Source: Desulfatiglandales bacterium
Lineage (GTDB): Bacteria; Desulfobacterota; DSM-4660; Desulfatiglandales; HGW-15
Reading direction: 5' to 3'
DNA length: 64,000 nucleotides
Assembly (NCBI GenBank): GCA_963667015.2
Contig: CAXXJJ010000004.1
Coordinates: 576,001 to 640,000, forward strand
Positions 51,379 through 61,519 of the stretch are shown in pieces (position 1 is the first letter of the stretch; every line of letters starts with the position of its first letter). The notes under the pieces were generated by a model. The model saw only the letters and a program-made list of their open reading frames with translations. It did no database searches and was not told where the DNA came from. The position numbers and the translations under genes are program-made.

Positions 51379-52962
51379 ATGTGTGGTATAGCAGGCTGTA
51401 TAGGCCGAAAAGATGTGGAAACAGTCAACAGGATGCTCGATGCACTTGAACACCGGGGACCCGACGACAGGGGAGTTCATATCAACGGTAAAAGTGTATT
51501 CGGTCATACCCGCCTTTCGATCGTAGATGTTGCAAATGGTCATCAGCCGATAATCTCAAATGGCGGAACCCAGGGAATTATCTGCAATGGTGAAGTTTAC
51601 AATTATAGAAAAATCAAAAAAAGACTGGAAAATAAATATTCCTTTCAGACAGATTCCGACTCTGAAACAATTCTGCACCTTTATGAAGAAAAAGGACCTG
51701 ACTGCGTAAAGGACCTGGACGGAATGTTTGCCTTTGCCATCTTCGATGATGACAACTTTATGATGGCAAGGGATCCTATTGGTATTAAACCCCTGTATTA
51801 TGGTTATAAACATGGCAATCTCTATTTCACTTCCGAACTGGGAGCCATGTCCCTTGCAGGTCTTGATGAGGTGCACGAATTCCCTGCAGGTCACTATTAT
51901 ACGCCGAAGGAAGGTTTTGTAGAATTTTACAGAACCCCGGATATTGAGGACAGGCTGCTGACAGACATTGAAGAGGCAAGCGGCATTATACGGGACACCT
52001 TTATCAGGGCAGTAAAAAAACGATTACTGTCAGATCCTGACATCCACGTAGGTTCATTCTGCAGCGGCGGACTTGACAGCAGTCTCGTGGCAGCTATTGC
52101 GGCAGATGAAATACCGAATCTGCACACATTCGTGGTTGGCATGAAGGATGATAATGGTGAATTGAGCGATGATATCAAGGCTTCCAGGATAGCTGCGGAT
52201 TATATCGGATCAAATCATCATGAACTGGTGTTTACCGAAGATGAATATTATAACGCCCTTCCCAGGGTTATCGAAAAACTTGAAACATATGACCCGTCCC
52301 TGGTCCGATGTGCTGTACCCTGCTATTTCACATGTAAACTCGCTGCTGATTATGTAACGGTTGTATTAACCGGCGAAGGAGCAGATGAGATTTTTACAGG
52401 CTATCACTATATGAAGCATTTCTCCCGCGAAAAGCTGAATATGGAGGCTCGCCGCTGTATAAATAACCTGCATAATATAAATCTGCAAAGGGCTGACAGG
52501 ATGGGAATGCTCTTCAGTCTTGAGCTCAGGGTTCCGTTTCTTGATGAAGAAATGATTGCCCTCTCAATGAAAATTCCTCCCGAATTAAAAATCAGAGAAC
52601 ATAACAATGCCAAGATAGAAAAATGGATTTTAAGAAAGGCCTTTGAGGATACAGGTTATCTCCCCCAGGAGATACTCTGGAGATACAAGGTACAGTATAC
52701 GCAGGGCGCGGGTTGTGAGAGCCTTGGTGAAAAGCTGGCCCATAAACAGATAAGTGAAGACGAATATCAGAAAATCAAGGCGGAAAATCCCAATGCAGTT
52801 ATCAACAGCCGGGAAGCCGCCTTTTACTACAAGATCTTCAGGGAGTTTCACCCCCAGGATTCCATACTTGGTTCAATAGGCATATGGACCGGGTTTGATT
52901 TTGCCGAGGAACGTGAAAAAGTAACGGGCACGGTTGATGGCGAACTGAAGCATGACCTTTAA
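51379..52962 (+). CDS. asnB: Asparagine synthetase B-like glutamine amidotransferase
   Basis: MCGIAG, HRGPD, GHTRLSIVD, NGEVYN, SGGLDSS, GEGADE, ELRVPFLD. Confidence 0.9.
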   Translation: MCGIAGCIGRKDVETVNRMLDALEHRGPDDRGVHINGKSVFGHTRLSIVDVANGHQPIISNGGTQGIICNGEVYNYRKIKKRLENKYSFQTDSDSETILHLYEEKGPDCVKDLDGMFAFAIFDDDNFMMARDPIGIKPLYYGYKHGNLYFTSELGAMSLAGLDEVHEFPAGHYYTPKEGFVEFYRTPDIEDRLLTDIEEASGIIRDTFIRAVKKRLLSDPDIHVGSFCSGGLDSSLVAAIAADEIPNLHTFVVGMKDDNGELSDDIKASRIAADYIGSNHHELVFTEDEYYNALPRVIEKLETYDPSLVRCAVPCYFTCKLAADYVTVVLTGEGADEIFTGYHYMKHFSREKLNMEARRCINNLHNINLQRADRMGMLFSLELRVPFLDEEMIALSMKIPPELKIREHNNAKIEKWILRKAFEDTGYLPQEILWRYKVQYTQGAGCESLGEKLAHKQISEDEYQKIKAENPNAVINSREAAFYYKIFREFHPQDSILGSIGIWTGFDFAEEREKVTGTVDGELKHDL

Positions 52963-53068
52963 AAAAAGAAAAGTAAATTAATACAATCGATCAATAATTT
53001 TTTCTGTGTTCATTTCAGGAAATATATAATTTCAATGACGAAAAAACACTCAAAGGAGAGGAAACAAA

Positions 53069-54400
53069 ATGGCACTGGAAACCTACTATAAATATATTGT
53101 CATAGGAGCCGGAATACATGGCCTCAGCACGGCCTATCATCTGGCTCTGGAGCTTGAAGCAAAAAAAAGAGGAACAGGAAAGGATATCCTTCTTATTGAT
53201 AAATCGGCAATAGGCGCCGGTGCGTCAGGAATCGCCTGCGGTGTTATCCGCAATAACTACTATCAGCCTGCAATGCAGGAATTGATCTCACACAGTGTGG
53301 GTGTCTGGGAACAGGACGCAGAGGGATACGGATACCTTCCTGTCGGTTACATGCAGATTTCTCCGGAATCAATGCATGAAGATGTAAACGACATATATGA
53401 AAGGCAGAAAAATATCGGCTACGAGTCAGAGTTTATAGAAGGTGAAAAAGACTGCCTTAAATACATGAGAGATTATATTTTTGAAGACTGGCAGGCACAG
53501 GGTACAACCTCTATCCTTCACGAAAAAAAAGGCGGATATGCCAATAACACAAAGGCTCTTTATCGTCTTGCCGATAAGGCGGAACACCTGGGTGTGAGAA
53601 TACTGACAGGATGCGAGGTAATCGGTTTTGACACTAACGGATGTATTAGTGGAGTTGAAACAACAAAGGGCCATTTCAAATGCGATTATACAATAATCGG
53701 CGCAGGTCCATGGGCAAACAGGTTCTGGCAGATGCTGGGGTTTCCGGATACTATAGATGTTAAGGGTCTTGATGGAAAAGTGCACCCTGACATAAAGATG
53801 TGGACCTACTGGTCCTTACAGGAAGGAACCCTCGGTGTTGAACCCGATTACGGATTTAGCAACAGGGGAAGCATGCCTCCGGTTATTCATTTTGATACGG
53901 ATGCCCCCCTCTATTCAAGCGAAGACAACAGCCTGATCACGGAGGACATGTGGGGCATATATTATAAACCGGACTTTCATTTTAACGGTATCCAGGGAGG
54001 GACTACACCGGACCTTGTAACAAGCAGGAGAGTTGCAGTAGACCCATACGGAATTGATTCTCCTGATTTTATTGTAGGACCGGAATTTGCCCATACATGG
54101 ACATCCGCCCTTGCACACTGCCAGAAGAGATATGAAGATAAGTACCTTAGATATAAAAAAGTGCCGTCAGGCGGACTGGGCGCCTTTTCACCGGACAACT
54201 TCCCTATCTTCGATGTATTCAAGGAAAACTGCTACTTCATCGCAGATTCCAGTCACGGCTACAAGATGATAGGGGTTGGTAAGCTTGTGGCAAAAGAAAT
54301 CATGGGAGAAAAACAGAGCCTCCTTGATCCCTTCAGGTTCAAAAGATATGAAACAGGAGAACTTCTGCCGGAATCAAACAGCCCGTTTCCATGGAGTTAA
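53069..54400 (+). CDS. FAD-dependent amine oxidoreductase (sarcosine oxidase beta / N-methylglutamate dehydrogenase A-like)
   Basis: IGAGIHGLSTAYHLA, GASGIACGVIRNNY, SPDNFPI, HGYKM. Confidence 0.8.
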   Translation: MALETYYKYIVIGAGIHGLSTAYHLALELEAKKRGTGKDILLIDKSAIGAGASGIACGVIRNNYYQPAMQELISHSVGVWEQDAEGYGYLPVGYMQISPESMHEDVNDIYERQKNIGYESEFIEGEKDCLKYMRDYIFEDWQAQGTTSILHEKKGGYANNTKALYRLADKAEHLGVRILTGCEVIGFDTNGCISGVETTKGHFKCDYTIIGAGPWANRFWQMLGFPDTIDVKGLDGKVHPDIKMWTYWSLQEGTLGVEPDYGFSNRGSMPPVIHFDTDAPLYSSEDNSLITEDMWGIYYKPDFHFNGIQGGTTPDLVTSRRVAVDPYGIDSPDFIVGPEFAHTWTSALAHCQKRYEDKYLRYKKVPSGGLGAFSPDNFPIFDVFKENCYFIADSSHGYKMIGVGKLVAKEIMGEKQSLLDPFRFKRYETGELLPESNSPFPWS

Positions 54401-54430
54401 ACTGTTATAATCTGAAAGTCAGAACCACTG

Positions 54431-55558
54431 ATGATTCAATATAATCAAGTATACAAGACCTTTGGTCACGGGGCTGAGGCTGTAAATGCAGTTGAAAATG
54501 TCTCTTTTAAAATAAAAAAGGGACATCTTGTTGCATTCCTGGGACCATCAGGATGCGGAAAAACCACTCTGCTTAAACTCACAAACCGGCTTATCCCCCT
54601 TACAGGCGGAAGCATAAGCATAAACGATCAGGATATAATGGCATGGAAGGGAGTAAAACTCCGTCAGTCAATGGGATACGCCATACAGGAGATCGGATTA
54701 TTCCCCAACAAAACCGTTTACGGGAATATTGCTGTTGTTCCCCGTCTTTTAAAGTGGGATGAAAAACTGATAAGAGAACGTGTTGAGGAGCTTCTCCTCA
54801 TGATGAGACTGGATCCCGATGCAGTAAGGGACCGCTACCCGGCAGAGCTTTCAGGTGGACAGCAGCAGCGGGTCGGAGTTGCACGCAGTCTTGCTGCCGA
54901 TCCGGACATACTTCTGATGGATGAACCTTTCGGCGCGATCGATCCTATTAACAGGGAAGAAATTCAAAACGAATTTCTTATGGTCCAGGAAAAACTGAAA
55001 AAGACTATTGCCTTTGTAACCCATGATATCCATGAGGCTATAAAGATGGGGGATAAGATTGCCATCTTTCAGGCAGGAAGGCTTATTCAGTATGATACAC
55101 CGGAAATAATCCTGACCAATCCCGTTAACCGGTATATATCTAATTTTGTTGGCTCAGACCGAGCACTCAAATTGCTTGCCCTTAAAAAAGCCTGTGACGC
55201 CACAAAAAAAATCAATCTAAATACTGTAAACGGAGAAAACAGTACCCGGGAGGCCCTGAATAAATTAAAGGACAATAAACTTGATTACCTTATAGTTCTT
55301 GATGAAGACAGACCGGCCGGACATGTAGATGAAGATTCTCTAAAAGGTATTGATACAGCCGTAAAAAAAGCAGCTAAAACCTTTCCAAGGATCATTAATG
55401 AGGGAGAAAGTCTCAGGGATGTACTCTCCTATATGCTGGTGAGCAGGGCCAAATATCTGCCTGTAGTTGATGACCGGGGCATTATATCAGGTACCATCAG
55501 CTACAGAGATGTCCAAACCTGTATCAGGAATATATATGCAAAAAATGATAACAAATAA
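54431..55558 (+). CDS. Osmoprotectant ABC transporter ATPase (OpuCA-like, CBS domains)
   Basis: GPSGCGKTT, QEIGLFP, LSGGQQQR, MDEPFGAIDP, C-terminal CBS pair. Confidence 0.92.
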   Translation: MIQYNQVYKTFGHGAEAVNAVENVSFKIKKGHLVAFLGPSGCGKTTLLKLTNRLIPLTGGSISINDQDIMAWKGVKLRQSMGYAIQEIGLFPNKTVYGNIAVVPRLLKWDEKLIRERVEELLLMMRLDPDAVRDRYPAELSGGQQQRVGVARSLAADPDILLMDEPFGAIDPINREEIQNEFLMVQEKLKKTIAFVTHDIHEAIKMGDKIAIFQAGRLIQYDTPEIILTNPVNRYISNFVGSDRALKLLALKKACDATKKINLNTVNGENSTREALNKLKDNKLDYLIVLDEDRPAGHVDEDSLKGIDTAVKKAAKTFPRIINEGESLRDVLSYMLVSRAKYLPVVDDRGIISGTISYRDVQTCIRNIYAKNDNK

Positions 55559-55588
55559 AATATCCCTGACGAGAAGGTGTGTGATTAA

Positions 55589-56251
55589 ATGATGAGTGTT
55601 CTGGAGTTTATATATAAAAATTCAGATAGGTGCTGGTCTCTGACCCTGGAACATATATGGATCGTTTTTTTCTCTGTCCTTATCGCGACTGTAATCGCTG
55701 TTCCCGCAGGGATACTGATAACCAGAAACGAGACTATCGCCAGAAAGGTTATCAATACGGCAAATATCCTGATGACAGTGCCTTCAATTGCTCTCTTCGG
55801 ACTCATGCTCCCGTTTTTATCCCTGTTCGGACAGGGCCTTGGAAAGGTGCCGGCCATCATAGCCCTTGTTCTCTATAGCCAGTTACCGATAATAAGAAAC
55901 ACCTATACTGGAATTAAAAATATACCACCATCTCTCATTGAGGCAGGCAGGGGAATTGGAATGGGAAGCTGGACAAGGATGTGGCAGATAGAAATACCTG
56001 TTGCGGTGCCTGTTATCATTGCCGGCCTAAGAACAGCAGCTGTCATGAACATAGGCATAGCCGCAATAGCCGCCTATATAGGTGCAGGCGGACTTGGCGT
56101 CTTTATTCAGCAGGGCATTGCCAGAGTATATGATGAAATGATACTGGCAGGCGCCCTCCTGGTGGCTCTGCTTGCAATTTTTATTGATCTGTTTATGGCC
56201 CTAATTGAGAGGATATTAACCCCAAAAGGCCTTCAGGTATCAAGAGAGTGA
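55589..56251 (+). CDS. Osmoprotectant ABC permease
   Basis: TVPSIAL, LPIIRNTYTG, EAGRGIGM, IGAGGLG. Confidence 0.92.
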   Translation: MMSVLEFIYKNSDRCWSLTLEHIWIVFFSVLIATVIAVPAGILITRNETIARKVINTANILMTVPSIALFGLMLPFLSLFGQGLGKVPAIIALVLYSQLPIIRNTYTGIKNIPPSLIEAGRGIGMGSWTRMWQIEIPVAVPVIIAGLRTAAVMNIGIAAIAAYIGAGGLGVFIQQGIARVYDEMILAGALLVALLAIFIDLFMALIERILTPKGLQVSRE

Positions 56252-56997
56252 AACAAATGAAGGGAATAACAGCAAAGGCCTACAGTTTTATACTGCTTCT
56301 AATACTTCTTGCAGCAGGTGTATCTCTGGAAAGGACGGGCCTGATTAAATACCTTTCCGATCCATTTGAGATGCATTTCACCTTAAGTCTTATTAATCAG
56401 CATGTAAACATGGTGCTTGCAAGCATGTCCATTGCGACACTGATCGGGCTGTCAACGGGAATAATATTTACCCGGCCCCGGCTTAAAAAATATTCCGGTG
56501 TTGTGATGTATATTGTCGGTCTCGGTCAGACTGTTCCGTCACTTGCAGTTATTGCACTGGCAATGAGTTTTATCGGCATTGGTTTTAAGGCGGCTGTTTT
56601 TGCACTGTGCATATATTCCATACTCCCTATTGCAAGAAATACGCTTGCAGGTATTTCTTCGGTTCCATCATGGATCATTGATGCAGCCAGGGGAATGGGT
56701 ATGCCGAAATATAAGATCCTGTTTCAGATAGAAATACCCAATGCAATGAAGGTTATACTTACAGGATTCAGGGTTGCACTGATAATAAATATCGGGACCG
56801 CTGCCCTTGCCTTCCTTATTGGCGCCGGAGGGTTGGGAGATCATATATTTACGGGTATTTCTCTCATGAGAATGGATAAACTCCTTGCAGGTGCGATACC
56901 CATAACACTGCTTGCCCTTTTTGCCGATTACCTGTGTGAACTTCTCGGTCTCTTAATAGTACCAAAGGGCCTAAGGCTTAGTGAAAAAACAAACTAA
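56248..56997 (+). CDS. Osmoprotectant ABC permease
   Basis: QTVPSLA, LPIARNT.AG, DAARGMGM, IGAGGLG. Confidence 0.92.
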   Translation: MKQMKGITAKAYSFILLLILLAAGVSLERTGLIKYLSDPFEMHFTLSLINQHVNMVLASMSIATLIGLSTGIIFTRPRLKKYSGVVMYIVGLGQTVPSLAVIALAMSFIGIGFKAAVFALCIYSILPIARNTLAGISSVPSWIIDAARGMGMPKYKILFQIEIPNAMKVILTGFRVALIINIGTAALAFLIGAGGLGDHIFTGISLMRMDKLLAGAIPITLLALFADYLCELLGLLIVPKGLRLSEKTN

Positions 56998-57011
56998 AAA
57001 GGAAAATTGTT

Positions 57012-57926
57012 ATGTTTAAATTAAAAAAGATCTCCTTTTACATACTGTTAACATTATTTCTTCTTGCATCATTTTCTTCTGCTGCTTCTGCTGAAAAGAA
57101 AATCGTGCTGGGCGGCAAAAATTTTACTGAGCAGTATATCCTTTCAGAAGCAGCAGGAATTCTCTTAGAAAAAAACGGTTTTAATGTTGAAATGAGAAAT
57201 GGTGTGGGTTCAACGGTTGCAAGACAATCCCTGGAAAACGGACAGATCGATCTGTACTATGAATATACGGGAACCGCCTATACCATATATCACAAGCAGA
57301 ATGATAAAGGCATTATGACTGATCGTGAGAAATGCTACGACTGGGTAAATAAAGCCGATGCTGCAAAAGGCCTTCTATGGCTCGATCCGGTCATGTTCAA
57401 TAACACATACACATTATTAATGAGAAAAATCCAGGCTGAAAAGCTTGGTATCAGGAGCATCAGTGACCTGGGGAAATTTATTAATAAAAACAGTAAAAAG
57501 CTTGTAATTGGTGTGGGTGCGGAGTTCTGGGAAAGGCCGGATGGATTTAAACCACTCATGAAACTGTATGGCTTCAGTATCCCGTACAGCAACCTTAAGA
57601 AGATGGATGACGGCCTTGTCTACAAGGCCTTAAAGGATAAACAGGTAGATGTATCCATGGGATTTGCAACTGACGGCAGGATATCCTCATTCGGGTTTGT
57701 AGTGCTTAAGGATGACAAGGCATATTTCCCTGTGTACAACCCGGTTCCGGTTGTGCGCAGGCCTGTGCTGGATAAATATCCTGAAATAAGAGGTATACTA
57801 AGACCTCTTTCGGAAAAACTGACCACAATGGAAATGCAGCATCTGAATGCCCTTGTTGATATTGAACACAGGGAACTCCGTGAAGTAGTAGAGGAGTGGC
57901 TTAAGGGAAAAGGGATCTTTGAATAA
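57012..57926 (+). CDS. Glycine betaine/choline-type ABC substrate-binding protein (OpuCC/OsmF-like)
   Basis: Signal peptide, GKNFTEQYIL, EYTGT, FNNTY, ERPDG, TDGRI, DDKAYFPVY. Confidence 0.92.
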   Translation: MFKLKKISFYILLTLFLLASFSSAASAEKKIVLGGKNFTEQYILSEAAGILLEKNGFNVEMRNGVGSTVARQSLENGQIDLYYEYTGTAYTIYHKQNDKGIMTDREKCYDWVNKADAAKGLLWLDPVMFNNTYTLLMRKIQAEKLGIRSISDLGKFINKNSKKLVIGVGAEFWERPDGFKPLMKLYGFSIPYSNLKKMDDGLVYKALKDKQVDVSMGFATDGRISSFGFVVLKDDKAYFPVYNPVPVVRRPVLDKYPEIRGILRPLSEKLTTMEMQHLNALVDIEHRELREVVEEWLKGKGIFE

Positions 57927-57936
57927 AGGAGATAAT

Positions 57937-58872
57937 ATGAAAGTAGCCGTTTATCAAACCAGTCCAAAACTTCTGGATCTGAGGGCCAATCTGGAAGATG
58001 TAATAGAAAAGATCAGAGACGGGCAAAATAATGGTGCCAGCCTGATAGTTTTTCCTGAACTGGCATTGACAGGATATTTTGTAGGCCAGAGATTTCATGA
58101 AGTGGCATTAAGACTTGATTCAAAGGAAATCAGACAGATTGTAGACGCAACAAAGGGAACCGCTGCAGTAGTGGGCTTCATAGAAGAATCTCCTTCAATG
58201 AATTTTTATAATTCAGCACTGGTTGCAGAAAACGGCAAACTACTTTTTACCTACAGGAAGCTTAATCTGCCAAATTATGGGGTGTTTGAAGAGAGAAAGC
58301 TGTTTGCATCAGGAAAGCAAGTCCCGGTGTTTAAACTTAATGATTACAACATAGCCGTCTTTATATGCAATGACCTGTGGCATCCGAGCCTGCCCTATCT
58401 GGGAGTAACCCAGAAGGCTGATATATTTGTTAGTATTTTCAATTCAAGCCAGGGCTCAATGGGTGAGGAGTTCAGCAATATTGAAAGCTGGTCAATCATT
58501 AACAGTTTTTATTCAAGGATATTCGGTGTCTATAACATATGCGCCAACCGTGTAGGAGAGGAGTCGTTGAAAGAAAGACGCAGCTCAGACAGTAATATAA
58601 TAGGGGGGGCAGGACCTGATAGTGAAGAATGCAGGGAAGATATAATAACATACAGCTTCTGGGGGGGAAGTGAAATACTGAATCCCTTTGGCAAGCACCT
58701 GGCAAATGCAGCCCTTCATAAAGAGGACTGTATCTCTGCCGAACTTGAAAAAGACATTCTCAGAAAAAAGAAAATCCTTCTTCCATACCTGCGAAATGAT
58801 GACCCCTATTTTACTCATCGCGAACTTCAACGAATTCTTTATGAAAGCAGCCCGAAGAAAATAGAAAAATGA
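57937..58872 (+). CDS. Carbon-nitrogen hydrolase (nitrilase superfamily amidase)
   Basis: Glu-Lys-Cys triad: VFPEL, YRKLNLPNYGVFEE, ICNDLW; start ATG 57937 after AAGGAG. Confidence 0.9.
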   Translation: MKVAVYQTSPKLLDLRANLEDVIEKIRDGQNNGASLIVFPELALTGYFVGQRFHEVALRLDSKEIRQIVDATKGTAAVVGFIEESPSMNFYNSALVAENGKLLFTYRKLNLPNYGVFEERKLFASGKQVPVFKLNDYNIAVFICNDLWHPSLPYLGVTQKADIFVSIFNSSQGSMGEEFSNIESWSIINSFYSRIFGVYNICANRVGEESLKERRSSDSNIIGGAGPDSEECREDIITYSFWGGSEILNPFGKHLANAALHKEDCISAELEKDILRKKKILLPYLRNDDPYFTHRELQRILYESSPKKIEK

Positions 58873-58907
58873 GAGTATTAAAATCAATCTTTTAAGAGGA
58901 GGCATAA

Positions 58908-60365
58908 ATGAATTTATCAGGACTTTCAGGAGGACAGTATAAACCCTTATCACCCGACCAGGTTGAGAAACTGCACGGAGCAGCGCTCTCTATCCTTGAA
59001 AAGACAGGAATGACATTTGAACCGGGATTGGAAGATGTGGCAGAATTACTTGGTTTAAACGGCGCAACCCTGGATATGGAGAAGAGGATTATCAGGTTTT
59101 CTTCTGAAATGATTGCTGAAGCAGTTTCAAAGGCTCCGGAACAGGTTGTTTTGTATGGCCGGAAGGAAGAAAATGACCTCTATTTAGCAAAAGATAAAGT
59201 TCATTTGGGAACCGGAGGCGCTGCAATAAAAATACTGGATCTGGACACCGGGGAAATTCGTCCCACAACACTGGCAGACCTTAAAATGGTTACACAACTG
59301 GTAGACAAACTGGAAAATATTCATTTTCTGGTAAGGCCATGTATTCCAACTGATATTGATAAGGCGGATTACGATATCAACATGTATTATGCATGTCTTT
59401 CCGCAACAGCAAAGCATGTGATGTCAGGCGTCAATGATGAAAAAGGCCTGGCAGATGTAATCAGCATGGCGTCAATGATTGCCGGCGGAAAGGAAAAGCT
59501 CAAGGCAAAACCTTTTATATCAGTGATAACATCCTTTGCGATCAGTCCATTAAAATTATGCACACAATCCACCCGGATAATGCGTGAGGCAGTCAAAGAA
59601 GAGATTCCGGTTGCACTCTCCTGTGCGCCAATGGCAGGGTCTACATCACCCTTAACCATGGCTGGAACCCTGGCTCAGCTGCATGCCGAACAGCTTGCAG
59701 GAGTGGCAATCTGTCAGTTCACCAATCCGGGAGCCCCAATACTTTATGGCGGCATACCCGGAATGGCAAACCTCAAGACAATGGGATACCTGGGAGGAGC
59801 AGTGGAATGCGGAATGATGAACGCCGCTGTTCATCAGTTGGCAGATCATGTAAAGATACCCAATTACAACTCTGCGGGTTTAACCGACTCCAAGGTATCC
59901 GATGGCCAGGCCGCCTATGAGAAGACATTTACAACACTGCTTGCCGCAATGGGTGGATCAAACTATACTCACCATGCAGCAGGCATGCTGGAATCCATGC
60001 TGACTATTGCACATGAACAGTTCGTTATAGATGACGAGATCATAGGAAATGCCTGCAAGGTATTAAAAGGTATCAATTGCGACGAAGAACACCTGGCGCT
60101 TGATGTTATTGAAGAAGTCGGAGCAGGCGGTAATTTCATGATGTCCGCCCATACCATGGAGCATCTGTATGATGAATATTATCAGGGAAACGGTGTGACC
60201 GACCAGAAAGCCCGATCCGGATGGGAAAAGGACGGAAGCCTGGACATCAAAGAGCGGGCACGGAAGATCGCGAAATCAATTCTGGATAAACCTTCAGAGA
60301 GTTATATTCCGGAGGATATTGACAAAGAAATCAGGCAGAAGTTTAAGATTCTTCTGAATCGATAA
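58908..60365 (+). CDS. MttB superfamily methyltransferase, non-pyrrolysine (MtgB-like)
   Basis: ISPLKL, PMAGSTSP.T.AG.LAQ..AE, GLTDSK..DGQAAYEK, HAAGMLES, EQFVIDDEI. Confidence 0.92.
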   Translation: MNLSGLSGGQYKPLSPDQVEKLHGAALSILEKTGMTFEPGLEDVAELLGLNGATLDMEKRIIRFSSEMIAEAVSKAPEQVVLYGRKEENDLYLAKDKVHLGTGGAAIKILDLDTGEIRPTTLADLKMVTQLVDKLENIHFLVRPCIPTDIDKADYDINMYYACLSATAKHVMSGVNDEKGLADVISMASMIAGGKEKLKAKPFISVITSFAISPLKLCTQSTRIMREAVKEEIPVALSCAPMAGSTSPLTMAGTLAQLHAEQLAGVAICQFTNPGAPILYGGIPGMANLKTMGYLGGAVECGMMNAAVHQLADHVKIPNYNSAGLTDSKVSDGQAAYEKTFTTLLAAMGGSNYTHHAAGMLESMLTIAHEQFVIDDEIIGNACKVLKGINCDEEHLALDVIEEVGAGGNFMMSAHTMEHLYDEYYQGNGVTDQKARSGWEKDGSLDIKERARKIAKSILDKPSESYIPEDIDKEIRQKFKILLNR

Positions 60366-60472
60366 TCGCTTTTTAAATTCCCCTCCCCTGCTTCTTTAGA
60401 GTATTGGAGGGGATTAATCTATCCTGTAACATTGTTTTCCACAGCCTGTGCGTTGCGTCTACAGCCCGATAG

Positions 60473-60601
60473 ACAGCCACAAGGCTTGAATCTTCACTCA
60501 GCAACCGAAAGCACTCCCCATCAATTGCGACAGTTGAAAAATATGCAGATGCACTGGATTGTCATCTGAAAATTAAAGTTACTGCAAACAGCAAAGTCTA
60601 A
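60473..60601 (+). pseudogene. 3' remnant of an XRE/HigA-type HTH gene
   Basis: TRLESSLSNRKHSPSIATVEKYADALDCHLKIKV*; preceded by in-frame TAG, no start codon. Confidence 0.65.
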
Positions 60602-60740
60602 ATAAGGATTTGATTATCGTTACAACTATCAACTTAAGACCTGTAAATTGAGCATAGTTTAGATATTCACAATATATCACAACTTTGATTGAAGTTTAGA
60701 TCATGGCAAGTGATCGGCACCACGACTATTTGGCTAACTG

Positions 60741-60860
60741 TGAAAAGTGAAGACCTGACACCCTTCTTTGTTGCTCGGTTCTTAGAGGGCTTGGGGATAG
60801 CAATATCCCCCGGCTACCCGGTCTTTCAAATAGAAAGGCAAGGTCAACATGAGACCCTGC
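60741..60860 (+). repeat. Two degenerate REP-like motifs (GACCTGACCCC class)
   Basis: TGAAAAGTGAAGACCTGACACCC at 60741 and AGGTCAACATGAGACCCTGC at 60841. Confidence 0.35.
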
Positions 60861-60889
60861 CTTTTTATTATTTAATATTTTATAATCCA

Positions 60890-61426
60890 TTATGATTTTT
60901 TGAATTTTCGTTTAAATCCTACAATACTGATTAGTCCAGAACCAAGGAGAAGCATGGTCGCTGGTTCAGGAACAGGGTCAGCTTGAGTTTGTCTTTGATA
61001 TATGAGGTTATCTATATCTAGATCATCGCTGTTATTAAAGATTGATACTCGCATAATATCATTTGTACCATAATCGAGCCCCATAAAGAAAGGAGCTCTT
61101 TCTGACCATGTATATTCTTCAAGAAGAGTATTATTGGTATCGAATAGCGCCATACCAATATTTTGTCCTTTAGTTCTGGTAACATCCACACCAACAGCAC
61201 TAATGGCTTCATTAAAGTCAATGTTTATGGTATGCCAAGTTTGATAGGCACCCGTCACAAACCAACCACCGCTAATTACAAAGTCATTACTATTTGTTGA
61301 TGAAAAATCAAATAAGATGGCGGCACTGTCAAATTCTGACTGATCGATTGGTACAGCGTCTATGGAAAAAGTTACAAATAGTAACATTAGTATTGAAAAT
61401 AAAAATATTCTTTGCATTAGTCCCAT
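60890..61426 (-). CDS. PEP-CTERM exosortase-target surface protein
   Basis: Signal peptide; PVPEPATMLLLGSGLISIVGFKRKFKKS. Confidence 0.92.
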   Translation of the reverse strand: MGLMQRIFLFSILMLLFVTFSIDAVPIDQSEFDSAAILFDFSSTNSNDFVISGGWFVTGAYQTWHTINIDFNEAISAVGVDVTRTKGQNIGMALFDTNNTLLEEYTWSERAPFFMGLDYGTNDIMRVSIFNNSDDLDIDNLIYQRQTQADPVPEPATMLLLGSGLISIVGFKRKFKKS

Positions 61427-61503
61427 CCTTTCTTTTGTAATTTATGTTCACTAAATATTTCACTGATATTATAGAGAATGAATTTATATATAGGCATAAT
61501 TTA

Positions 61504-61519
61504 AGCAATCATTATGCCA
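61504..61519 (-). promoter_or_regulatory. sigma54 promoter of the PEP-CTERM gene
   Basis: Minus strand TGGCAT-AATGA-TTGCT; sigma54 control is typical of PEP-CTERM genes. Confidence 0.8.

Noticed and set aside
58908..60365. Pyrrolysine read-through in MttB
   Set aside because: No in-frame TAG; Leu occupies the Pyl-equivalent position
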